The notes below the pieces were generated by a model. It was not told the origin of the DNA. It saw only the letters and a program-made list of their open reading frames with translations, and searched no databases. Positions 57,280 through 64,000 of a stretch of 64,000 nucleotides of DNA are shown piece by piece. Source of the DNA: Acidobacteriota bacterium (GTDB lineage Bacteria > Acidobacteriota > Blastocatellia > RBC074); assembly GCA_016196035.1 (NCBI GenBank), contig JACPYM010000099.1, positions 869-64,868 of the forward strand, given 5' to 3'. The stretch's first letter is position 1. Each line of letters begins with the position of its first letter. The position numbers and the translations under genes are program-made.

Positions 57280-59610
57280 TCATTTAACGTTGACCAGCAA
57301 GCCATTCGCCGCGCGCCCCTCCGCAGACAACGCCAGATTGCCATCGCCCCGCCCGCGCAAGGAACGCGGCACCCGCAGATTGACCTGATCCAACCCAACC
57401 AAGCCTGCCACCTGGTCGGCAAACAAGACTTCAGCATTCGCCCCACCCAGCGTCGCGGTCACAGCGGTCAACGAGCTGCGCCCGCGAATGCCTGTGCCAA
57501 ACAGCACCAGGAACACCTGATCGCTGGCCGTGCCCAAGTCCGGCCCCAAATCAATCGGTACGGCGACAAAGCGATTCTGCGCCGCATCGAAGCGCGCCAA
57601 AGCTTCATAGCTTTGTGTGCCGTCAGCCTTGACGCGCAACACCACGCCCGAAGGCACGCCTTGACCGTTTGCATTGGCGCTGAACAACCCCGGCGCAACC
57701 GGCAAAATCTGTAGCGTCCCGGCGGACACCACACCATTCCCACCCGTGATCGTCACGGAAGCCGTTCCGGGCAACGTGCCCAGCGGAATTTGATAATTGA
57801 CCTGTGTCGGCGCGACGAAAAAGAGCGGCGCGAGCCGTTCGATGCCCAGACTGTCTTTGACCAAGACCCGCGTGCCCGCCAGCGTGGTCGGCAAAGGCAC
57901 CGTGGCTGCCGCTTGCGTAGCGGTCGCTAACTCTGAGCCGAATGCCGCCACGATGGATTCAGGCGCAAAGGCGGCGGCACTGAAACTGGCGGCTGAGACA
58001 CTGGCGACAGCGCCGGTCGGCAAGCGATCCAATGCCGCGATTTCATTGCTCGACAGCGCCGTGTTGAACAGTCGAAGGCGCGCCACGTAGCCGCCTGACG
58101 CCTCGCCATCGCCCACATTGTCGCGAAAGAACCGCAGCGTGTTGCCTTCGAGCAGCGCGTCGCCGTTGGCGTCCACAAACGAAAATTGATTGACGCCGTT
58201 CAGGTAGACCGCCACGCCGCCCGCCGCATTGCGCGTCATTGCCAACTGCACAAAGTTATTCGCCGCGATGACGCGATTGTTACTATCGAGGTACGAGTTA
58301 TTGACGCGTTTGAAGACCAAGCGGCCTTCATAACAATACAGGCCGTTCTCGCTCGTGCCATTTTTGAAATCCAGCAACCGGCGATACTCCGAGACGGCGC
58401 TCAGCGCCAACAAAGCGACCACAGTGTACGCCTGATTGGAGACGACGCCGGCGGTCGAAAACAACGCCACGCCATTGTTCGGATCGAATTTCAAGGCGCG
58501 GCGCACACGACCATCCACCTCCACATTCTCAAAGCCGTTGCCGCCCAGATTGAGCAGCACGGGCGGAAAACCTGCCGCGCTGCCGAGCGTGCCTTGAAAT
58601 TGATAATCCGCCGCGAGCGCCGGCGTCGTCGCGTTCGACACGCTGAACACGGCGTTGGTTTGCGCCTCGCTGCAACCGGCTTTGCTCAAGGCGAGCGTGC
58701 CGGTGACGGCGCCGGCAGGCACGGTCACGTTGAGTTGCGTGTCGTCATTGCTGGTGAACACCGCATTGAGGTTGTTGGGAAAGCGCACGCTCGTCACGCC
58801 GCTCAAGCCCACGCCATTGAGCAAAAAACTCGCGCCCGCCGCGCCGCTGTTTTGCGCGAAGCCGCTGGGGCTGGGGCAACCGGCCTGCGCCTGCGGCAAA
58901 CGATCCAGCCCGGCAATCTCGCCGCCCGCCAGCGGCGCGTTATAGATACGTAACCGCGCCACCACGCCCGCCGACGCCTCGCCATCGTTGTCACGGAAAA
59001 AGCGCAGCGTGTTGTTCGCGCCAACGCTCGCGTCGCCCGCCGCGTCCGTGAAAAAGAATTGCCGTACACCGTTGACGTAGGCCGTCACATCGCCCTCGGC
59101 GCTGCGCGTCAGCACCAACTGGGCAAAGGTGTTGGGCGCGAGAATCAGCGTGTTGCTATCAATGTAGGAGTTATTGACGCGCTTGAAGACCAGCCGGTTG
59201 TTATAGCAATACAGCCCGTTGTCGGTTGTGCCGTTTTTGAAATCGAAGAGGCGGCGATAGCCGGAAACATTGCCGAGCGCGAACAACATCACGATGGTAT
59301 AGCTTTGATTGATCGCCAGCGCCGTTGTCGGCGTCAGCGATAACCCGTTGTTCGGCTCGAAATACAACGCGCGGCGCGTCACGTCGTCAATCGTCGCGTT
59401 GTCGAACGAATCGCCGCCGAGCTGCGTCAGCATAAGCGCATTGCTGAGGGAGCTATTCAGGTCATTCCGAAATTGATAATCGGCGACGAGGCCAGACGCC
59501 GCGCGGGGATCAAAAACGGCGCGCGGTTGTTTAGCCGCTATTCGGCGTAAGCCTGATAGCGCGCAAAACAAAGCGAGCAGTAACGCAATGACAAATCGTG
59601 AGCGGTTCAT
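57280..59610 (-). CDS. Secreted protein with two LamG/concanavalin-like repeats, an IPT domain and a TIGR03437-like C-terminal domain
   Basis: Signal peptide; duplicated ADYQF...[27 protein letters not shown]...LRFFRDN...[29 protein letters not shown]. Confidence 0.82.
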   Translation of the reverse strand: MNRSRFVIALLLALFCALSGLRRIAAKQPRAVFDPRAASGLVADYQFRNDLNSSLSNALMLTQLGGDSFDNATIDDVTRRALYFEPNNGLSLTPTTALAINQSYTIVMLFALGNVSGYRRLFDFKNGTTDNGLYCYNNRLVFKRVNNSYIDSNTLILAPNTFAQLVLTRSAEGDVTAYVNGVRQFFFTDAAGDASVGANNTLRFFRDNDGEASAGVVARLRIYNAPLAGGEIAGLDRLPQAQAGCPSPSGFAQNSGAAGASFLLNGVGLSGVTSVRFPNNLNAVFTSNDDTQLNVTVPAGAVTGTLALSKAGCSEAQTNAVFSVSNATTPALAADYQFQGTLGSAAGFPPVLLNLGGNGFENVEVDGRVRRALKFDPNNGVALFSTAGVVSNQAYTVVALLALSAVSEYRRLLDFKNGTSENGLYCYEGRLVFKRVNNSYLDSNNRVIAANNFVQLAMTRNAAGGVAVYLNGVNQFSFVDANGDALLEGNTLRFFRDNVGDGEASGGYVARLRLFNTALSSNEIAALDRLPTGAVASVSAASFSAAAFAPESIVAAFGSELATATQAAATVPLPTTLAGTRVLVKDSLGIERLAPLFFVAPTQVNYQIPLGTLPGTASVTITGGNGVVSAGTLQILPVAPGLFSANANGQGVPSGVVLRVKADGTQSYEALARFDAAQNRFVAVPIDLGPDLGTASDQVFLVLFGTGIRGRSSLTAVTATLGGANAEVLFADQVAGLVGLDQVNLRVPRSLRGRGDGNLALSAEGRAANGLLVNVK

Positions 59611-59689
59611 GTTTCCCTCTTGTTTCTTGCTGCCCAACCGGATGTTTATGGGAAAGGCAAAATTTCAACTTGTGCCGCTGGTTTCCCGC

Positions 59690-59719
59690 GAATCCCGCCA
59701 ACCCCGGTTGGCGGGATTC
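59690..59719. repeat. GC-rich perfect hairpin downstream of the zinc-finger gene (terminator or REP-like)
   Basis: GAATCCCGCCAACC-CC-GGTTGGCGGGATTC. Confidence 0.65.
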
Positions 59720-59791
59720 AAACGCTGCGGGGTTCACGGTTGACCGGCATTTGATAGCTGCACACCTTGCCGCCGCAGGCAAGCCAATGCG

Positions 59792-59941
59792 CTACGATTT
59801 GCCGGAGCCTTTGCACACCGTGCAATTGCCCGAGCCTTTGCACTTTTCGCAGTCATACGGTGGCAGGATGCTGCCGTTGGAGCCGCTGCCGTGACACTTC
59901 GAGCATTTGCCCGTGCCGTGACAACCTTTGCATTCAGCCAT
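59792..59941 (-). CDS. 49-aa stand-alone DnaJ-type zinc-finger protein (not in the ORF track)
   Basis: Hand translation MAECKGCHGTGKCSKCHGSGSNGSILPPYDCEKCKGSGNCTVCKGSGKS*; four CxxCxGxG repeats; AAAGGGGG SD. Confidence 0.85.
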   Translation of the reverse strand: MAECKGCHGTGKCSKCHGSGSNGSILPPYDCEKCKGSGNCTVCKGSGKS

Positions 59942-59985
59942 AGCGCTTTACCCCCTTTCGCGAAAGTTGGGCGTCGTGACCACCG

Positions 59986-60231
59986 CTATACCGGGCGACG
60001 AAAGGTCACGACGAAATACTCCACCAGCGATTGCCGCGCGCCGAATAACATCGCCAGACAGCCTGGCTGCACGACGACGCCGATGGTGTCCACGCGGTAA
60101 AACTCCCAGCCTTGCGCCGCCTGTTCGTTGGCAACGTTTTGCAGGTAATAAGCCGCTTCGTGGCCTTGCCATTCTTTGGCCGCGACTTGAATGGTCGGCG
60201 GCAGTTGGATCATTCGGTATTCGTAATTCAT
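59986..60231 (-). CDS. Small DUF4177-like protein (81 aa)
   Basis: AGGAGG SD; MNYEY...NEQAAQGWEF...VTFRRP pattern. Confidence 0.75.
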   Translation of the reverse strand: MNYEYRMIQLPPTIQVAAKEWQGHEAAYYLQNVANEQAAQGWEFYRVDTIGVVVQPGCLAMLFGARQSLVEYFVVTFRRPV

Positions 60232-60301
60232 GTGTACCTCCTGGATTGAGTTTGTCGGACTGATTTGGTCAGTAAACCGACGCGGCTTGAGCCAACCACG
60301 A

Positions 60302-60868
60302 TCACCCGCAGGAATCCATTCCATTGAAATGTTTGGTTTGATCCGTCCAGCCGATTTGCCCTTTGCTGTTTTTGACCTTCACCCACCAAATGGATTGCGG
60401 TTGCTTCAGAATTTTGAAGAACGTGACATCATAAATCTCGGCCTCGCCCAGCTTCCCTTTGTACCAAACCTTGCTGCTGCCCTCGCCGAGATTGGTCAGG
60501 ATGTAAACGAGTTCGCCCGTGCTCACGCGCAACCCGCCAATCGCCGTCGGCTTGAGCGCCCGCGCTTGGCCCGGTTGCGTCGTAATCACCACGCCAGTCA
60601 CGCCCAACACTTTTTCACCGCGCCGCAAGGTAAAGGTCACAGGCGCATTGTTTTGCCGCTCTTGCCGAACGACGGTTGGCGCGCTGACCGTCCAACGGCG
60701 ATAGGTGCAGCATTCAAACGGACAAGCGCCATGATCCTCGTAAGGGAGCGATGGCCCGACATTGCGGCTTTGCGTCGAAGCCGCCGGTTGTTGCGGCGAA
60801 CTGCCTTGAAACGTTGTGGTGGCGGCGAGCCACGCAAAAACTACGAGAGCCAACGATTGATATTTCAT
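60302..60868 (-). CDS. Hypothetical secreted protein with a GACPFECC motif and SH3-like C-terminus
   Basis: AAGGA SD; signal peptide; WWVKVKNSKGQIGW. Confidence 0.75.
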   Translation of the reverse strand: MKYQSLALVVFAWLAATTTFQGSSPQQPAASTQSRNVGPSLPYEDHGACPFECCTYRRWTVSAPTVVRQERQNNAPVTFTLRRGEKVLGVTGVVITTQPGQARALKPTAIGGLRVSTGELVYILTNLGEGSSKVWYKGKLGEAEIYDVTFFKILKQPQSIWWVKVKNSKGQIGWTDQTKHFNGMDSCG

Positions 60869-60937
60869 AGCCGTAATTCCTTGAAGGATGATCTTTGTCC
60901 CGCGACTTTTCATCAGCTTGTTTGGGCGACGACATAG

Positions 60938-61648
60938 TTAGTCACCGACCAACCTGGCCCATTTCCAGCGAGCATCTGTTCCTAGTTCGAAAACAAGCGT
61001 TTCGGGTTTGATGGTTCGCTTTGCCTGTCTGCCACTGAAGTTCCAACAGGAGCTATCCTTGGGCCTGCAGTTCACAACTCCGCCGGTCACTGATTTCAGG
61101 ATGCGCTGCCAGGGAACCAGTCCCGTATCCATGTTTCTGATCACCTGGGCGGAATTGACCTGCCCGTCTCCCGCCCACTCAAAGCCGGCGGAGATCATTG
61201 ACCTTATGGCGGCGCGGTCACGCTGCTGAAGGGCGGCTCTGAATGCAGGCCAGAACGTAGCCCAATCACCTTGCTCCGGGTTAGTAGCGACATTTCCGGA
61301 AGTTCCTTTGAGATTGGTGACGCGCACTGCCTTCACGTCATAAGTTTTGCTGGCGGCAGACCACTTTGCCCCAACGTAATCAACCTTGACGCGTGTGCCG
61401 ACCTTGATGTCTTGATCTCCAATGATCTGTGGGCTGTCTTTGATTTTGCCCGGGCAACCAAGACAAAAGGTGTATGTTTTGCCGCCCGCCTCGACTACCG
61501 TGGTGTCGCCATGCGCTCCGATCTCGTATTCGATGACAATCCCTGTGATAGTGGCCGCGCCAGTGGCATTTCTGGCGGCAGGCCGTTGGGCATAACTCAG
61601 CGCTGTGAACACCAATAGAACTGCAACCGCGATTTGAACGCTGCTCAT
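60938..61648 (-). CDS. Hypothetical secreted two-domain protein
   Basis: GGAGA SD; signal peptide; second domain WATFWPAFRAALQQRDRAAIRSMI. Confidence 0.72.
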   Translation of the reverse strand: MSSVQIAVAVLLVFTALSYAQRPAARNATGAATITGIVIEYEIGAHGDTTVVEAGGKTYTFCLGCPGKIKDSPQIIGDQDIKVGTRVKVDYVGAKWSAASKTYDVKAVRVTNLKGTSGNVATNPEQGDWATFWPAFRAALQQRDRAAIRSMISAGFEWAGDGQVNSAQVIRNMDTGLVPWQRILKSVTGGVVNCRPKDSSCWNFSGRQAKRTIKPETLVFELGTDARWKWARLVGD

Positions 61649-61888
61649 TGTTCCTCCATCAGTCCGTCGTTAAAATGTTGTCAAACTAAACTGCACCCAA
61701 CGAACGCAATGCTTGCAAAATCTGGAATCCAGTGGCACGCCGCTGCCACATTGCGAACATTGTCTTTCGGCAGCTTTGACTGTCTCGTACATAGGCTCGT
61801 CTTTCATGAGCTAAAGCGCACTTGCGAGGAATTTCAGCGCAAGCGAACGCAAATAAATTTTTCTCGCGATACCGGCAGACTTGGGTTG

Positions 61889-64000
61889 TTATTTCCATTC
61901 GCCTTGCAACACGAAGCCCGCCCAAAAATACGGCGCGGCAAACTCGCGGTCACGCCACATCTCCAACTGCGCCGCACGCAAGGCAGCGGCGGGCGATAAG
62001 CGCGGCGCGCCCAACAGGTGTTTATAAAACTTGACCATCAGCGTGGCCGAAGCGCGGTCTTCGATCTTCCAGGCGCTGACCACCACGCGCGGCGCGCCGG
62101 CGTACATAAAGCCGCGCGCCAGACTTAGCAGCCCTTCGCCTTTGACCTCTTTGCCGAGCGCGGTTTGGCAGGCGCTCAGCACCACCAGATCGGCGTTGAG
62201 CCGCAGGTTGTAAATATCGTGCAGGCGCAGGAAGCCATCTTGCGTGCGCCCTTGTGCGTCGAGCAGCGAGAGCACCAGACCCGACAGTTCGGGATGCGCG
62301 CTGTGCAAAAAGCTGTGCGAAGCGAAATGCACAATCCGGTAATCGGCGAGCGCACCGCTGACGGCTTGCACGCGGTTGGCGGCGAAGCCCGTGGCTTTGA
62401 GCGCGCGCGCGGCGGGCACGAGCGGGGCGATGTGGTCGGCTTCCCAACCGGTGTTGGCCAGACGATGAAACTGCAATGACGCACCCGTCTCGTTGAAAAC
62501 TTCCGCCGCGCGCAACAAGGCACGCGAATGCGCGGGCGACACGCCGTCCGGCGGCGTTTGCAGGCGACTTGACCCGGCGGTGCGCCCAAGTTTTTGCCCA
62601 AGCTGTTGCCCAAGCTGTTGTTTGAAGCGCGGGTCATCCGTTTCAAACACCGGGTCGGCCAGCAGTGCAAGCGTTTTCGGTGCGGGCTGCCGTCCGGCCA
62701 TCTCGCGGCGCAAGACGGCTAGCGTCGAAGCCGAGGGCAGATAAACAATCTCGTGTTTTACCAGCAGCGGCTCAGGCGTGGCGGAAGCGTGGCTGGCCGG
62801 ATCAGGCAGCGCGCTGAAGGGAATGAATTGCAATTTGCCCTGCGCGACGATCAGCAAGCGTTGGCCGCCCAATTGCGCGGCGACGGGGCCGAGAATCATT
62901 TGGCTCAAAGCGGCGGCCTGCGCGGGTAATTCAGCCTCGGCGCGCGTGGCGCGTTGTTGCGTCTGGCGCGGCGTTTCGCCCTTCACTTCCCGATTGCGCG
63001 CGGTCAGCAAAGAGTAAACACGCGCCGCCTGCGCTTCGATCTCCGCGCGTTTTGGTAATTCGTAACTGGTCACGGCGCGCGGCGTAACGGCGAACAGATA
63101 GCTGTGCTCTTCACCCAAGGCGTATTCGAGCAGCAGGGTGTTTTCATCCAGCAATTCGTGTTGAATCTGTTCAGCCGTCAGCGGCTGCGGTTGCGTCAAC
63201 ACGGCATAGCGTGGGCTGACGGCACGAATGCGCGTCTGGGTTTCTTGCAATTGGCTGAGGACGCTTTTGATTTCAGCGGCCAGGGCTGCCGCCTGCTCGG
63301 CGCTGTGTTTGCCACTGAGCAAACGCACTTGATATTCGGACTTGCCGTTGAGCAACTGTTGCAACTCGCGTTCGCGCGCGAGTAACGCGGCGTCACCACC
63401 CTGCGTAAGATTCGCGCGGATTTCACCCAACGATTCCAGCAGGCTGCGCGCCGAGGCGCGTTCGCTGAGATGCAGCGCCAGCCGCGTGTCAGCCTCACGG
63501 CGCGCCGGGTTGTGCGCCGGTTGCAGCAACAGATCGAGGTAGAACTCGTAATAGTCGCGCACGCTGGCGAGATACGAAGCACGCAAATTCTGGCTGATGA
63601 CGCTGGCGCGCAACGATTCGATCAGGCTGAGTGCGGTTTCGATGTCGCGGCGCGCTTCCGGCAACAGACCGAGGCTGCGTTCGGTGCGCGCCAGCAAGAA
63701 GAGCGTCTGCGCCTCGCCTTCGGGCGCTTGCACGGCGCGGTGGAGTTGCAAGGCTTGTTGCAGGCAATCGCGCGCGGTTTGGTTGTCACCCAGCGCTTGA
63801 TGAACCTCGCCGAGTCCGGTCAGCGTGGCCGCTTCGCCGCTGCGTGCGCCAATCTCGCGCCAGAGGGCCAGGGCTTGCTGATAATGTTCAAGCGCCTGTG
63901 GCTTTTCAGCGGTTGCGCTGTAAAGCTGGCCGAACAATGCCAGCGCCTCCGCTTCTCCACGCCGCTGTTTATACTTGCGGCCAAGTTCGAGTGCTTCGTT
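61889..64000 (-). CDS. TPR plus CHAT (caspase-like) domain protein, 5' end beyond the window
   Basis: Frame stays open to base 64000; TPR repeats; LLEYALG, IPFSAL, IVHFASH, LVVLSACQT (His/Cys dyad), APYFWAGF. Confidence 0.92.
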   Translation of the reverse strand, partial: NEALELGRKYKQRRGEAEALALFGQLYSATAEKPQALEHYQQALALWREIGARSGEAATLTGLGEVHQALGDNQTARDCLQQALQLHRAVQAPEGEAQTLFLLARTERSLGLLPEARRDIETALSLIESLRASVISQNLRASYLASVRDYYEFYLDLLLQPAHNPARREADTRLALHLSERASARSLLESLGEIRANLTQGGDAALLARERELQQLLNGKSEYQVRLLSGKHSAEQAAALAAEIKSVLSQLQETQTRIRAVSPRYAVLTQPQPLTAEQIQHELLDENTLLLEYALGEEHSYLFAVTPRAVTSYELPKRAEIEAQAARVYSLLTARNREVKGETPRQTQQRATRAEAELPAQAAALSQMILGPVAAQLGGQRLLIVAQGKLQFIPFSALPDPASHASATPEPLLVKHEIVYLPSASTLAVLRREMAGRQPAPKTLALLADPVFETDDPRFKQQLGQQLGQKLGRTAGSSRLQTPPDGVSPAHSRALLRAAEVFNETGASLQFHRLANTGWEADHIAPLVPAARALKATGFAANRVQAVSGALADYRIVHFASHSFLHSAHPELSGLVLSLLDAQGRTQDGFLRLHDIYNLRLNADLVVLSACQTALGKEVKGEGLLSLARGFMYAGAPRVVVSAWKIEDRASATLMVKFYKHLLGAPRLSPAAALRAAQLEMWRDREFAAPYFWAGFVLQGEWK

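Noticed and set aside
59792..59941. CKGCH and CSKCH in the 49-aa protein as haem c motifs
   Set aside because: No signal peptide, and all four motifs fit CxxCxGxG, two of them without His; zinc finger is the simpler reading
61733..61748. TGGCACGCCGCTGC as a sigma-54 promoter
   Set aside because: GG-to-GC spacing is 9 rather than 10, and it points away from the neighbouring minus-strand gene start

Overview
GC-rich bacterial chromosome segment. Six genes carry the Solibacter-type TIGR03437-like C-terminal domain, there are paired MacB-like permeases, and the lptC/A-lptB-rpoN-hpf-rapZ-PTS gene order is present, which together point to an Acidobacterium (inferred, probably Blastocatellia-like). 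Housekeeping genes: tricorn protease with an M16 peptidase pair, purE, ptsP/ptsH/EIIA, rapZ, hpf, rpoN, lptB (with an apparent +1 frameshift), an lptC/lptA-like gene, gpmI, a DAGK-family kinase and a GT9 glycosyltransferase. Best candidates for novelty: (1) a tandem array of four secreted Reeler-like proteins, each with a single haem-c-type motif (CxxCH twice, CxxxxCH twice), followed by a double-CHRD protein, all ending in the same C-terminal domain; (2) a membrane-anchored SARP/BTAD-TPR regulator followed by an exactly 11-bp-phased TTCC array in front of a small protein plus ECF sigma operon; (3) a CHT1-like choline symporter translationally coupled to a phosphatidylcholine synthase; (4) a roughly 2,740-aa DUF11 protein inserted between rpoN and hpf; (5) a 49-aa stand-alone DnaJ-type zinc-finger gene missing from the ORF track. 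Intergenic DNA is dense with several REP-like inverted-repeat families and heptamer tandem arrays, five of which sit where Shine-Dalgarno sequences would be. No tRNA, rRNA, CRISPR array or transposase was seen. All family calls come from motif recognition by eye, not database searches.
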